Part shown: piece by piece, positions 6,528-17,014 of the stretch
Numbering within the stretch: the first letter of the stretch is position 1
How the letters are laid out: every line of letters begins with the position of its first letter
Origin: Saprospirales bacterium
GTDB lineage: Bacteria > Bacteroidota > Bacteroidia > Chitinophagales > Saprospiraceae
Direction: 5' to 3'
Assembly (NCBI GenBank): GCA_031425035.1
Contig: JANPIN010000065.1
Coordinates: 651 to 64,650, forward strand
Length of the DNA stretch: 64,000 nucleotides
Made by a program: the position numbers and the translations under genes
The notes under the pieces: generated by a model
Told to the model about the DNA's origin: nothing
Databases searched by the model: none
Seen by the model: only the letters and a program-made list of their open reading frames with translations

Positions 6528-7877
6528 GTGTTTAAGAAGATATTGATCGCGAATCGCGGAGAAATCGCCCTGCGCATCATTCGTACCTGCAAGGAAATGG
6601 GCATTAAAACGGTGGCCCTGTATTCGACTGCCGACCGCGATAGCCTGCACGTCCGTTTTGCCGACGAGGCCGTCTGCATCGGGCCACCAGCCTCTGCGGA
6701 GAGTTACCTCAATGTGCCGCGCATCATGGCCGCCGTGGAAATCACCGACGCTGATGCCATTCACCCGGGCTATGGTTTTTTATCGGAAAACGCCAATTTC
6801 GCGGAAGTCTGCCAGGAGTACGGCATCAAATTCATCGGTCCGACCCCGGAGCAGATCCGGAAAATGGGCGATAAAATAACGGCCAAAGAAACCATGATCA
6901 AGGCCGGCGTACCCTGCGTACCCGGTTCCGAAGGCCTGCTGAACGACCTGAAAACCGGACTGAAAAACGCGGCGGAGATCGGTTATCCGGTCATCCTGAA
7001 AGCGACGGCCGGCGGCGGCGGTAAGGGCATGCGCATTGTGTGGAAACCCGAAGAATTTGAAAGCCAGTGGGAAAACGCCCGCCGCGAAGCCAAAGCCTCG
7101 TTCAGCAATGACGGTATTTACCTGGAAAAATACGTAGAAGAACCCCGCCACATCGAGATCCAGGTAGCCGGCGACCAGTTCGGCAAAGCTTGCCACCTCT
7201 CGGAACGCGACTGCTCCATTCAGCGCCGCCACCAGAAACTGGTGGAAGAATCGCCTTCGCCCTTCATGACGCCCGAACTGCGGGAAAAAATGGGCGAAGC
7301 GGCTATCAAAGCCTGTAACGCCATCAACTACGAAGGCGTGGGTACCGTCGAATTCCTGGTGGATAAATACCGCAATTTCTACTTCATGGAAATGAATACG
7401 CGGATCCAGGTGGAACACACGGTTACCGAGGAAGTCATTGATTTTGACCTGATTAAAGAGCAGATCAAGATCGCTGCCGGCCATCCGATCTCCGGGAAAA
7501 ACTATTTCCCGGAAATGCACGCCATCGAATGCCGTATCAATGCGGAAGACGTGTTCAATGATTTCCGGCCAAGCCCGGGCAAAATCACGTCTTTTCACTC
7601 GCCGAAAGGCCATGGCGTCCGCGTGGACACCCATGTGTATGCTGGTTACACCATCCCGCCGTACTACGATTCCATGATCGCCAAGCTGATCGTACGCGCC
7701 CGGACCCGCGAAGAAGCCATCCTGAAAATGGAGCGCGCCCTGGACGAGTTCATTGTCGAAGGTATTAAAACGACCGTGCCCTTCCACCAGCGGCTGATGC
7801 GGAACAAAGACTTTCAGGAGGGTAATTTCACGACCAATTTCCTGAACACCTGGGATTATAAGAGTGTGGTGCTTTGA
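6528..7877 (+). CDS. accC: acetyl-CoA carboxylase biotin carboxylase subunit
   Basis: 449 aa with a GTG start. [19 protein letters not shown], the ATP-grasp motifs GGGGKGMR and [14 protein letters not shown], and the position after accB support the call. Confidence 0.95.
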   Translation: MFKKILIANRGEIALRIIRTCKEMGIKTVALYSTADRDSLHVRFADEAVCIGPPASAESYLNVPRIMAAVEITDADAIHPGYGFLSENANFAEVCQEYGIKFIGPTPEQIRKMGDKITAKETMIKAGVPCVPGSEGLLNDLKTGLKNAAEIGYPVILKATAGGGGKGMRIVWKPEEFESQWENARREAKASFSNDGIYLEKYVEEPRHIEIQVAGDQFGKACHLSERDCSIQRRHQKLVEESPSPFMTPELREKMGEAAIKACNAINYEGVGTVEFLVDKYRNFYFMEMNTRIQVEHTVTEEVIDFDLIKEQIKIAAGHPISGKNYFPEMHAIECRINAEDVFNDFRPSPGKITSFHSPKGHGVRVDTHVYAGYTIPPYYDSMIAKLIVRARTREEAILKMERALDEFIVEGIKTTVPFHQRLMRNKDFQEGNFTTNFLNTWDYKSVVL

Positions 7878-8428
7878 TTCACCCATATTCGCTCCACCAA
7901 TCGCAAAAAGAAGCGGAAGTTGCACGGGAACGTGCCTTCCGCTTCTTTCGTTGGCTGAAATCTTTGGACCGTAAACCGGTGGACCAGCTGGCCAAAGTCA
8001 CCCATACGGAGGTGTTCCAGTCAATGGACTGCCTGGCCTGCACCAACTGCTGCCAGACGTTGAAACCCGACTTTCGCGAACGCGATCTGGAAAAGGTGGC
8101 GACCCATCTGGATTTAAGTACGGAAGCGCTGAAGGCCACCTATTTACAGCAAAATCCACAGGGTATCTGGCAGCCGAAAACGCTGCCTTGCCCATTTCTG
8201 GCGCCGACGGGGCATTGCAACATCTATGCCGTGCGCCCGGTGGATTGCCGCGATTTTCCGCATACCGATAAAACCTCGTTTGCCCAGCGCTCCTGGACGC
8301 ATGCCGAGAATGTGGTGACCTGTCCGGCCGTGTTCGCTATTTTGGAACGGATGGAGGAGAAATTAGGCTGGGTAGATGAATCGGCTGAAATGGCAGTTCT
8401 GCCTACTCTAGCTGCTACACCCGTTTAA
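7874..8428 (+). CDS. YkgJ-family (CxxCxxCC) cysteine-cluster protein
   Basis: 184 aa. It carries [12 protein letters not shown]....GHCNIY and RPVDCRDFP. The start is uncertain: the TTG at 7874 overlaps the accC stop. Confidence 0.7.
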   Translation: MIHPYSLHQSQKEAEVARERAFRFFRWLKSLDRKPVDQLAKVTHTEVFQSMDCLACTNCCQTLKPDFRERDLEKVATHLDLSTEALKATYLQQNPQGIWQPKTLPCPFLAPTGHCNIYAVRPVDCRDFPHTDKTSFAQRSWTHAENVVTCPAVFAILERMEEKLGWVDESAEMAVLPTLAATPV

Positions 8429-8487
8429 ACGACGCTATACCGACCAAATAGGGAATTGCGTAAAAAATTCGGTTGGACTTATGTTTT

Positions 8488-8580
8488 TTACTTGTCCATT
8501 TCCGTTTCGGTGCGATCTTCCGAGAAGCCTAGCCAGGCACTGATCCCCAGTATCAGAGCAGTCAATAAATAAGTAATCAT
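8488..8580 (-). CDS. possible 30-aa single-TM micropeptide
   Basis: ATG..TAA ORF translated by hand as MITYLLTALILGISAWLGFSEDRTETEMDK. The only support is a hydrophobic helix with an acidic tail. Confidence 0.2.
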   Translation of the reverse strand: MITYLLTALILGISAWLGFSEDRTETEMDK

Positions 8581-8845
8581 TTGGGTGGCGGTTTAGAAGG
8601 TGAATTAGGAAAGATGGGGAGTAATAAAATGCAAAATTAGGCCTTTACAGTTACGAAACAACCGATAGGATATTAAATTAAAGGTAAGAAGTGAACATGC
8701 GGGTGATGCTGGTAGTTTCCATCACCCCAAGTTTGTCCAAGCCGAATTTTCACCCGTCCTTTGCCCTCCTCCAACCTCACCGCCGCAATGCCGTGGGGTT
8801 TTCCTTTTCAAAATAGTCTCTGCCCGGGTCGGAAGACCAGAAATT

Positions 8846-10651
8846 ATGCTCCGTTTACTCCGTTATTACGCGCCTTATAAAGGCCTCCTGACCATCGCGG
8901 TGTTGTGCAATCTGTTGATGTCGCTCTTCATGGTGGTCAGTATTCCGGTGCTGCAGCCATTTTTGCAGATCCTTTTCACGGAAGGCGGTATGACTGCGCC
9001 GACGCATCCCGGTACGCCTATTGGTGGATTGGAAGGCAAGATCAATGGGTTTTTTACGCAACTCATCGCCACACAGGGTCGGGAACAGGCGTTATTTATC
9101 GTGTGCCTTTTTCTGGTGACCGTGTTCCTGGGTAAAAATCTCTTTCGTTACCTGTCCCTGTTTTTTCTGGCGCCGGTGCGTAACGGCATCGTCCGCGACC
9201 TGCGTCTGCGACTGGTGGATAAGATCCTGGCCCTGCCACTGTCTTATTTCTCCGAGGCGCGTAAAGGCGACCTGATGAGCCGGATCTCGGCGGACGTGCA
9301 GGAAGTAGAGTGGAGCATTGTCGGGGTGGTGGAATCGGTGGCCCGGGAACCCATCGTCATCCTGGGCAGCGTTGCGTTCATGGTCTATGTATCGCCGGGG
9401 CTGCTGCTGTTCGTACTGGGCCTGATGTTGTTTTCCGGTCTCGTGATCGGCGGGGTGGGGCGGAGCCTGCGCCGGCAGTCGGGCGCTGCGCAAAGTCGCC
9501 TGGGCATTATTGGTTCGCTGGTGGAAGAAACCCTCGGTGGTCTGCGCATTATCAAAGGCTTCAATGCCGAAGCCTGGCAGCGCGGCCGTTTTGCCCGCGA
9601 GAACACGCACTATGCCCGCACCATGACGGCCTTGTACCGCCGCCGCGACCTGGCTTCGCCGTTGTCGGAGTTCCTGGGCATTGGCGCGGTTTCGGTGGTG
9701 CTCTGGTTCGGCGCCAAACAAGTATTTGCCGGAGAAATTACGGCGCCCACTTTCCTGACCTTTCTCTATGCTTTTTACAACGTTATCGAGCCGGCCAAAC
9801 AATTGACCGGCGCCTCATACAGCATCCGCAAAGGCATGGGCGCCCTGGAGCGTGTGCAGGCGGTGCTGGACGCCGACGTGGCCATACGCGACAGCCCGGA
9901 TGCCCGGGAGATCAAAGAATTTACCAGCGGGGTGGAGTTTAAAAACGTGTCTTTTCACTATCAAAATGCCGAACGCTCCGCCTTGAATAACATCGATCTG
10001 CGTATTGGCCGGGGGCAGATCGTGGCTTTGGTGGGCGCTTCCGGAGCGGGGAAAAGTACGATTGCCGATCTGTTGCCGCGTTTTTACGACGTCAGCGAGG
10101 GGCAGATCCTGGTGGATGGACAGGATATACGCCAGTTGCGGCTCCAGGATCTGCGCGGACTGATGGGTATTGTGAGTCAGGAAGCGATTTTATTCAATGA
10201 TACGGTGCGCAGTAACATCGCTTTTGGCAGCGAACTGGCCACCGAAGCCGATATTGAAGCGGCGGCTAAAGCGGCCAATGCCCATGAATTTATCGTGGCG
10301 ATGCCCGAAGGTTATGACACGAATATTGGCGATCGCGGCTCCAAACTGAGTGGCGGTCAGCGGCAGCGGCTGACCATTGCCCGGGCGTTATTGAAAAATC
10401 CGGCTATTTTAATTCTGGATGAGGCAACCTCGGCGCTCGATTCGGAGTCAGAGAAACTCGTGCAAATTGCGTTGGATCGATTGCTGAAAAATCGCACCGC
10501 GCTGGTCATTGCTCACCGTTTAAGCACGGTGCAGCATGCCGACGAAATCGTGGTACTGGACAGTGGCCGGATCGTTGAACGCGGCAGCCATCAGTTTTTA
10601 ATGCAAAATGGGCAGTATTATCGTAAACTGGTAGAATTGCAGGCCTTGTAA
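8846..10651 (+). CDS. ABC transporter permease/ATPase fusion (MsbA-like exporter)
   Basis: 601 aa. An N-terminal 6-TM domain is followed by Walker A GASGAGKST, the signature LSGGQRQR and Walker B ILILDEATSALD. Confidence 0.9.
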   Translation: MLRLLRYYAPYKGLLTIAVLCNLLMSLFMVVSIPVLQPFLQILFTEGGMTAPTHPGTPIGGLEGKINGFFTQLIATQGREQALFIVCLFLVTVFLGKNLFRYLSLFFLAPVRNGIVRDLRLRLVDKILALPLSYFSEARKGDLMSRISADVQEVEWSIVGVVESVAREPIVILGSVAFMVYVSPGLLLFVLGLMLFSGLVIGGVGRSLRRQSGAAQSRLGIIGSLVEETLGGLRIIKGFNAEAWQRGRFARENTHYARTMTALYRRRDLASPLSEFLGIGAVSVVLWFGAKQVFAGEITAPTFLTFLYAFYNVIEPAKQLTGASYSIRKGMGALERVQAVLDADVAIRDSPDAREIKEFTSGVEFKNVSFHYQNAERSALNNIDLRIGRGQIVALVGASGAGKSTIADLLPRFYDVSEGQILVDGQDIRQLRLQDLRGLMGIVSQEAILFNDTVRSNIAFGSELATEADIEAAAKAANAHEFIVAMPEGYDTNIGDRGSKLSGGQRQRLTIARALLKNPAILILDEATSALDSESEKLVQIALDRLLKNRTALVIAHRLSTVQHADEIVVLDSGRIVERGSHQFLMQNGQYYRKLVELQAL

Positions 10652-10961
10652 AAAGCCAAAGCATATTTGCCTGAGGCGGCTAAATATCTATTAATTCATC
10701 ATTCCAACTGCTGGAGTACACGAAGGATTCAAAAATCCGGCGTACCTTTGAAGCACCTCGTTGAAATCCAATTTTGTTGCAGAGTGTAATCCTTTTCAAC
10801 GGCCTATCGGACGTTTTGATTGCCAATAAGATTTCAATTTCTCGAAATTGCCAGGCTTCGGAGGCTTAAGGCCAACGGGGAAATCTGTTATTCAAAACTC
10901 CCTTATCCGAACTTCCGCATTGGGCGGGTTTAATCACTATGTTTCAAACATTTAACATCCG

Positions 10962-12113
10962 ATGAAACAGATGCTACTGGCTATTTTTACCGCGCTCCTT
11001 TTTGAAGCAAATGCCCAAATAACCGTCACCGCCGCCACTTTCCCAAGTGCCGGCGATACCCTCGAATACGCAGTGGATACGGATCCCGCCGCCAGCCTGA
11101 GTGCTGCAATTGCTACGCCTCCGGGGGGCAATCAGACCTGGAACCTGCTGGACCTGCAGGCCGATCAAACCAGCCAGATCATTTATCAGCCAGCCGGCGC
11201 AGGGATGAATGCCGGGAACTTCCCGGGCGCGGATCTCGTTGTGATCGGGGCGGCCAGCGAAACCTACTATGATCTGACCAGCACCAAATTCAAATCGCTG
11301 GGCTTTGCCGGCGCCACCCAGGGTACTTTTGGGTTGCAGTTGCTCGCCAAATATAGCCCCGCTCTGACGGAGCGTACCTCCCCGCTCAATTTTTTCGATA
11401 TTACACAACAGTCAACCAACCTGAGCCTGCCTTTTGCGGTTCCGCCCGGGTTATTGGATAGTTTCAACCTGCCGATCAGTCCGGATTCACTGCGCACACT
11501 GATTGGTACGCAGCGGCTGGATGTCGTGGATGGCTGGGGAAAATGCCAGATTCCCGGGGGCATTTACGACGTTTTACGCGTCAAACGCACCGAATACCGC
11601 ACGACCGGGCTGGAAGTTAAATTGCCGTTTATAGGTTGGGTGAACATCAGCACTTTTCTGGGAGGCGGTGGCGGCGGTGGCGGTTTGGGTAACTTCCTGG
11701 GTACCGATACCACCGTGACCTATCATTTTTTGAATAACCTGGAAAAAGCAGACATCGCGGTGGCTACCATGAACAATGACCTGTCCGCCGTGAGCCAGGT
11801 GCAATTCAAAAATAACGCTATTACGCCAACGCTGGAACTGGATTCGCCCGGTGCGGCCAGTATTCAGGCCTACCCCAACCCGGCAGTGGAATTTGTGCGA
11901 TTCAATTGTTCCAACCTGCCACAGGGCGATTATACCCTCAAGATTTTCAATATCATCGGTAAAGTCGTCTGGAAAGAAAACTACCAGCTCACCGGCAGCA
12001 AGTCCATCCGCATCGAACTGGACGATTTCAAAAAAGGTACCTACCTCTACAGCCTGAGTGATAACAAGGGTAATATTATTGGGACCAAAAGGCTGGTGAT
12101 TCTGAAACCCTAG
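10962..12113 (+). CDS. secreted protein with T9SS type A C-terminal sorting domain
   Basis: 383 aa. It has a signal peptide (MKQMLLAIFTALLFEANAQ) and a C-terminal IQAYPNPAVEFVRF...YTLKIFNIIGKVV...GTYLYSL...KRLVILK. There is an internal Gly8 run. Confidence 0.85.
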   Translation: MKQMLLAIFTALLFEANAQITVTAATFPSAGDTLEYAVDTDPAASLSAAIATPPGGNQTWNLLDLQADQTSQIIYQPAGAGMNAGNFPGADLVVIGAASETYYDLTSTKFKSLGFAGATQGTFGLQLLAKYSPALTERTSPLNFFDITQQSTNLSLPFAVPPGLLDSFNLPISPDSLRTLIGTQRLDVVDGWGKCQIPGGIYDVLRVKRTEYRTTGLEVKLPFIGWVNISTFLGGGGGGGGLGNFLGTDTTVTYHFLNNLEKADIAVATMNNDLSAVSQVQFKNNAITPTLELDSPGAASIQAYPNPAVEFVRFNCSNLPQGDYTLKIFNIIGKVVWKENYQLTGSKSIRIELDDFKKGTYLYSLSDNKGNIIGTKRLVILKP

Positions 12114-12154
12114 GCCCGCATATTGGTTAATTTCGGTTAAAAATCGTTAGAAAA

Positions 12155-12184
12155 AGGTGAATGTCACAAGACATTCACCTTTTT
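12155..12184 (+). terminator. rho-independent terminator
   Basis: aggtgaatgtc-acaa-gacattcacct forms a perfect 11-bp stem followed by tttt, 42 nt after the stop at 12113. Confidence 0.85.
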
Positions 12185-12286
12185 GTTTGTGCAGTTGCAA
12201 CTACACCTGTAACCTTGTTGTCATTACGGGCGTCTACCTGACAAACCTAATCTTTTTCAAACGCAGAACTTAAATCCACGCACACT

Positions 12287-12910
12287 ATGTCCACCAAATC
12301 CAGCTTGCTCGCCGTTTTATTTTTAGTTACCGCATTGAGTACCTTATCCGCCCAGCGGGAAGAAACCATCCTTGGTGAACGCGGCTGGGGCCTGTCCGGG
12401 CTCTGGGGCGGTTACACCCATCAGTACACGCAGTATGCCAGTAAAGACGCTTTCAACAGTGGCGGTTTTTTCGGCTTTGAATTCGGTAAATCCCTCACCA
12501 TTGGCTGGAGCCACGGTAACCTCCGCGACGATATTACTGTGAAAAACAACGAACAACAACGTTTTGATTTTAAATACAATGGCGGTAAAGTCGGGTATGC
12601 TTTCATCCCTTACAAAGCAATACACCCGGTTTTGAATTTTGAAATTGGCAAGGGCCGCGCCAAATTATCGGGTGAAGGCGAAGATAATGTGTTCGTTATG
12701 CAGCCCTCGGCAGGTTTCGAAGTCAATGTATTTCGCTGGTTCCGTTTGGGAGTGGAAGGCGGCTATCGCTTCGTACAGAACAGCGACCTGGTCGGCATTA
12801 GCACCGATCAAATGTCCGGACCTTTCGGCCAGGCGAGTTTGAAATTTGGTTTCTCCTGGGGCCGCTACCACAAACGCGCCCAACCGACCAAAAAAAATTA
12901 CGAGAACTAA
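12287..12910 (+). CDS. putative outer-membrane beta-barrel protein (hypothetical)
   Basis: 207 aa. It has a signal peptide (..ALSTLSAQ) and alternating aromatic/glycine-rich beta-strand-like segments such as GYRF and LKFGFSWG. Confidence 0.6.
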   Translation: MSTKSSLLAVLFLVTALSTLSAQREETILGERGWGLSGLWGGYTHQYTQYASKDAFNSGGFFGFEFGKSLTIGWSHGNLRDDITVKNNEQQRFDFKYNGGKVGYAFIPYKAIHPVLNFEIGKGRAKLSGEGEDNVFVMQPSAGFEVNVFRWFRLGVEGGYRFVQNSDLVGISTDQMSGPFGQASLKFGFSWGRYHKRAQPTKKNYEN

Positions 12911-13006
12911 GATCTTCGTTTGTTCCCCTTAAAGTCTGCATAAACACTACTTCGCCACGGCCACCGGTAATCCGGGGGCCGTGCTGCGTTTCTGGCCGGA
13001 AGGTTT

Positions 13007-13014
13007 TACTTTTG
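13007..13014 (+). promoter_or_regulatory. candidate -7 box (TAnnTTTG) for rocD
   Basis: tacttttg sits within ttttacttttgcagacc, 54 nt upstream of the ATG at 13068. Confidence 0.45.
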
Positions 13015-13067
13015 CAGACCTTTTCACGGTTTTTTTGTTACTCTGATCACCCTAGCACAAGACAATT

Positions 13068-14312
13068 ATGCAAGTCCTGACCATCACCACTGCTGCCGAA
13101 CTCATGGCCCTCGAAGACCGCTACAATGCGCATAACTACCATCCCCTGCCGGTGGTGCTGGAGCGCGGCGAAGGCGTGTATGTCTGGGACGTGGAGGGCA
13201 AGAAATATTTTGATTTTCTATCGGCTTACAGCGCCGTTAACCAGGGGCATTGCCACCCGCGCATTATCCGCGCCCTGACCGAGCAGGCGCAGAAACTGAC
13301 CCTCACGTCGCGGGCTTTTTACAATAACCTGCTGGGGACTTATGCCGAATATGTAACGCAGTACTTCGGTTACGAGCGTATGTTGCCCATGAATACCGGC
13401 GTGGAAGCGGTGGAAACCGCCATCAAACTCACCCGCAAATGGGCCTATAAAGTGAAAGGCGTGGCCGAGGGGCAGGCCAAAATCATTTTCGTGGCCGGTA
13501 ATTTCCACGGCCGTACGCTGGCCGTTATTTCCGCCAGCACCGACCCGGACAGCCGCAGCGGATTCGGACCCTATATGCCGGGTTATACAGTGGTGCCTTA
13601 TAACGATCTGGAAGCACTGGAAAAGGCACTCCAGGACCCCACGGTCGCCGGTTTCCTGGTTGAACCTATTCAGGGCGAAGCAGGCGTGTACGTGCCCGAT
13701 GAAAACTACCTGCCGGCGGCTTACCAGCTCTGCCGCAAACACAATGTGTTATTCATTGCCGACGAGGTGCAAACGGGTATTGCCCGCACCGGCAAACTGC
13801 TCTGCTGTGATCACGCCGATATTAAACCGGATGTGCTGATCCTCGGCAAAGCGCTCTCCGGGGGGGTGCTGCCGGTGAGCGCTGTACTGAGCAGCGATGA
13901 AGTGATGCTGACCATCAAGCCGGGCGAGCATGGTTCCACCTTTGGCGGTAATCCCCTGGCCTGCGCCGTGGCCATGGAGGCCCTGCAAGTCGTACGCGAT
14001 GAAAAGCTCGCCGAAAATGCCACTGCCATGGGTAAGATTTTTCGCCAGCGGATGAACGAACTGATGTTCCGTCGCTCCGACCTGATCACTTTCGTGCGGG
14101 GCAAAGGTTTGCTCAACGCCATTGGTATTAATGATAAAGAGGACAGCAAAACCGCCTGGAACATCTGCCTGGAACTGGCGGAAAACGGGCTGCTGGCCAA
14201 GCCGACCCACGGCAACATCATTCGTTTTGCGCCGCCGCTGGTAATGGATAAAACACAGATGGACGAGTGCTGCTCGATCATTGAACGGGTGCTCTCGAAA
14301 TTTCAGAAATGA
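13068..14312 (+). CDS. rocD: ornithine aminotransferase (ornithine--oxo-acid transaminase)
   Basis: 414 aa. [46 protein letters not shown] and [13 protein letters not shown] fit class III PLP aminotransferases of the OAT type. Confidence 0.9.
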   Translation: MQVLTITTAAELMALEDRYNAHNYHPLPVVLERGEGVYVWDVEGKKYFDFLSAYSAVNQGHCHPRIIRALTEQAQKLTLTSRAFYNNLLGTYAEYVTQYFGYERMLPMNTGVEAVETAIKLTRKWAYKVKGVAEGQAKIIFVAGNFHGRTLAVISASTDPDSRSGFGPYMPGYTVVPYNDLEALEKALQDPTVAGFLVEPIQGEAGVYVPDENYLPAAYQLCRKHNVLFIADEVQTGIARTGKLLCCDHADIKPDVLILGKALSGGVLPVSAVLSSDEVMLTIKPGEHGSTFGGNPLACAVAMEALQVVRDEKLAENATAMGKIFRQRMNELMFRRSDLITFVRGKGLLNAIGINDKEDSKTAWNICLELAENGLLAKPTHGNIIRFAPPLVMDKTQMDECCSIIERVLSKFQK

Positions 14313-14341
14313 TCTTCCACACCGCACCAGCTCCTTTTTAA

Positions 14342-14447
14342 AAATCCGTTTAAATCCGTTTAATCCGTTCCTCTATCCCGTCTAGTACGCACGCGTAACA
14401 GGATCGAAAAACGGATTGGGCGGATTAAAACGGATTTAAACGGATTT
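14342..14447. repeat. inverted arrays of a 10-nt tandem unit (AAATCCGTTT) flanking a 53-nt spacer
   Basis: aaatccgtttaaatccgtttaatccg (14342-14367) pairs with cggattaaaacggatttaaacggattt (14421-14447). That is about 26 bp with a one-nucleotide bulge. Confidence 0.85.
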
Positions 14448-14588
14448 GATCTGTGGTGAATCTGGTAATGCGCGACAAGTAAAACATGCACTCAACCCCA
14501 GTCTCCGATTTATTTCTAACCGGATTCTAAGGCGGTACCCTCCCGGCTTTAACTTTCTTTGCTGTCGTCATTCACCGACGCTCCTTTC

Positions 14589-15737
14589 ATGAAAAAACTC
14601 TTTTATCTCGGCGTGCTCGGCTTCGTGCTGTTTGAAATAGCGAAGGTGTATTTCATCATGCCTATGCCGGGTAGTCAGGAGATGGAAAGTCTGCCGATAG
14701 CGTATTTCCTGCATCAGTGGCGCTGGGTATTTCGCCTGGGTTTGGCCATGCTGGTAGTAGCGGGCGGTCTGGATGCCTTTAAGGCGTCGCGCTGGGGCGT
14801 GGTCATTGCTTTAGTCATTGCCGCGGGTTTGGCTTATGAGTTAAATTTCGAAATGACGGCCGATAAAATGTTCGTGCAGCCTCGTCGTCTGGTGCTGGCT
14901 GATGCCAAAGCCAATAAAGTGCCGCTGGATAAACTGGTGATTGGATTTGTGGATATGAGCGGGCTGGCTACCGCTTATCCAATCCAGTTCCTCGGTTACC
15001 ACCACCAGGTGCTGGACCGCGTGGGGGCTACGCCGGTGATGGTGACCTATTGTAATGTTTGTCGTTCGGGGCGGATATTTTCGCCCTTGCTCGGAGGCAA
15101 ACAGGAAAAATTCCGGCTGGTGGGGATGGACTATTTCAACGCCATGTTCGAGGATGCCACGACGGGCAGCTGGTGGCGACAAGCAAGCGGCGAAGCGGTG
15201 GCCGGCCCGCTGAAAGGCGAACAATTAACGGAACTGCCCAGTAGCCAGACGACGCTGCGTACCTGGATTGCCCTGCATCCGAACACCCGGGTGATGCAGG
15301 CGGACAGTATTTTTGCCAAAGAATACGCCGATATGGACAGTTATGACGTAGGCCTGGGCCGCGGGCCGCTCACGGGTACCGATACGCTTTCCTGGCAGGA
15401 TAAATCCTGGGTAGTGGGCCTGCGACTCGATGCGCATACCGCAAAAGCCTACGACTGGAACCGGCTGAAACGCGAGCGGGTAATCAACGATACTATGGGT
15501 GATGTGCCAGTCGTCGTTATTCTGGACGCTGATAACCAGGGCTTTTTTGCCTTTCGACGTCCGGAAGCAACTACGGTATTTACCCTGCAACATGATACGC
15601 TGTTCAGTGAAGGCCGGGCCTGGCAACGGAGCGGCCTGGCCATTGCGCCGACGACCGGCAACCTGCAAAAAGTGCCGGCGTACCAGGAGTTCTGGCATAG
15701 CTGGCGGACGTTTCATCCGTATACGACGCGGTATTAA
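14589..15737 (+). CDS. DUF3179 domain protein
   Basis: The ORF is trimmed to the ATG at 14589 (MKKLFYLG). It has N-terminal TM helices, then YPIQFLGYHHQVLDRVG..PVMVTYCNVCRSGRIFSP, which I recognise as characteristic of DUF3179. Confidence 0.85.
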   Translation: MKKLFYLGVLGFVLFEIAKVYFIMPMPGSQEMESLPIAYFLHQWRWVFRLGLAMLVVAGGLDAFKASRWGVVIALVIAAGLAYELNFEMTADKMFVQPRRLVLADAKANKVPLDKLVIGFVDMSGLATAYPIQFLGYHHQVLDRVGATPVMVTYCNVCRSGRIFSPLLGGKQEKFRLVGMDYFNAMFEDATTGSWWRQASGEAVAGPLKGEQLTELPSSQTTLRTWIALHPNTRVMQADSIFAKEYADMDSYDVGLGRGPLTGTDTLSWQDKSWVVGLRLDAHTAKAYDWNRLKRERVINDTMGDVPVVVILDADNQGFFAFRRPEATTVFTLQHDTLFSEGRAWQRSGLAIAPTTGNLQKVPAYQEFWHSWRTFHPYTTRY

Positions 15738-16930
15738 TCCTTATACGGATCATACAACTCCGCCGCCGCCATTGCCACCCCGATCGGCCGCAGTCGATGT
15801 ACCGTCTCGATGGTGCCTTCGTGAAAAGCCAGCACCTGCTGGAGTTGCTTGTAACATTCCGGCGCCTCGTCCGCTCCACCGCCGCGCAGGGCAATTTTTT
15901 TCTGTTTCATTTCCTTTTTGACCGAGGTCCAGTCCACCTGGCCTTTGGTAATGTATTCCACCCGGCCGCCGCGAATACGCTTTTTGCCGGCGGCCTGGGT
16001 ACGGCTTAGGGCCCGACCGGCGCCATGCACCGTCGAGTATAATCCCTGGCGGCTCAAGTCGGAATCGACCCCCCGGATGATCACCGAGGTATCGCCCATG
16101 GTTGCGCCCACGAAGCCATATTGGCCGGGAAAAGCCGGGGTGGCGCCCTTGCGTACGACATAGTATTTTTCGCCGTGGTGCACTTCTTCCCACAGGAAAT
16201 TATGGTGGTTATGCACGGCGAACGTTGCGGTGGTGCCCAGTATTTCCAGCACTTTATTCACCACCACGTCGCGGCCGGCATAGGCATATTCGCCGGCGAG
16301 GCGCATAGCGGCCAGGTAGTCCTGCCCCAGCGCGCTGTCCGCGTCGAAGAGGATGGGTGGAGCGTCCATACCGCCTTCCGGAGTATGGTCTTCAAAGGTT
16401 TTGCCTTTCGATAAGGCGATGAAACCGGTGGTCGTCTTATGCCCGAAACCACGCGAACCGAAGTGTACGCCGATCCACAGCCAGCCATCTTCATCCGCGA
16501 ACAGGTCTACGAAGTGGTTGCCGCTGCCGATGGTGCCGAGCTGGCTCATGGCGAGGGACATGAACTTACGCTGCGGTGCAAAATCCGCTTTTGATATAGC
16601 GTCGAAAACCGGGTGGTCAATGGGCTTAGGATTGGGGCGGCCTACGCCGAAACCGATCTGTTTGAAAATTTCATCCATCACCTTTTCGACCTGGATATCC
16701 GCCGCCTGAAGCCGCGTTTGCACGGCCTTATTTCCGCAGGCAATGTCGAAACCGACGCCGGAGAGGCTGATCTTGTCTTTATAGGCCACCACGCCGCCAA
16801 TAGGGTGGCCGTAGCCGTAGTGGGCATCGGCGGTCAGCGTAGCGCGGTCTTCGGGAGAAGAGGCGCAGCGTTTGATCTGATCGATGGCTTTTTGGTCGAT
16901 GATGGGTTCACCGAAAATAGTCAGTTGCAT
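15734..16930 (-). CDS. rtcB: RtcB-family RNA 3'-phosphate ligase
   Basis: 398 aa. It carries DAHYGYGHPIGG, GFDIACGN, GSGNHFVDL, VHNHHNF and TVHGAGRA. Its stop shares the TTAA at 15734-15737 with the convergent DUF3179 gene. Confidence 0.92.
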   Translation of the reverse strand: MQLTIFGEPIIDQKAIDQIKRCASSPEDRATLTADAHYGYGHPIGGVVAYKDKISLSGVGFDIACGNKAVQTRLQAADIQVEKVMDEIFKQIGFGVGRPNPKPIDHPVFDAISKADFAPQRKFMSLAMSQLGTIGSGNHFVDLFADEDGWLWIGVHFGSRGFGHKTTTGFIALSKGKTFEDHTPEGGMDAPPILFDADSALGQDYLAAMRLAGEYAYAGRDVVVNKVLEILGTTATFAVHNHHNFLWEEVHHGEKYYVVRKGATPAFPGQYGFVGATMGDTSVIIRGVDSDLSRQGLYSTVHGAGRALSRTQAAGKKRIRGGRVEYITKGQVDWTSVKKEMKQKKIALRGGGADEAPECYKQLQQVLAFHEGTIETVHRLRPIGVAMAAAELYDPYKD

Positions 16931-17014
16931 GGGTAGAATTTAGCGGTAGCTGTAAAAAAAGAATACCGCTGCAACGGCATGGGGTGGGGTTAGAGTTCCC
17001 GCCGCCGTAAAAAC

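Noticed and set aside
6780-7925. 381-aa ORF antisense to accC
   Set aside because: It lies entirely within a gene that has an unmistakable biotin carboxylase translation. Its own translation is Arg/Gly/Phe-rich with no motifs. This is the long antisense open frame typical of GC-rich coding sequence.
11661-11684. Gly8 run in the 383-aa T9SS protein as a slipped-strand phase-variation tract
   Set aside because: The run is encoded by mixed GGA/GGC/GGT codons (ggaggcggtggcggcggtggcggt), not a homopolymer or a perfect short repeat. Slippage-based switching is therefore unlikely.
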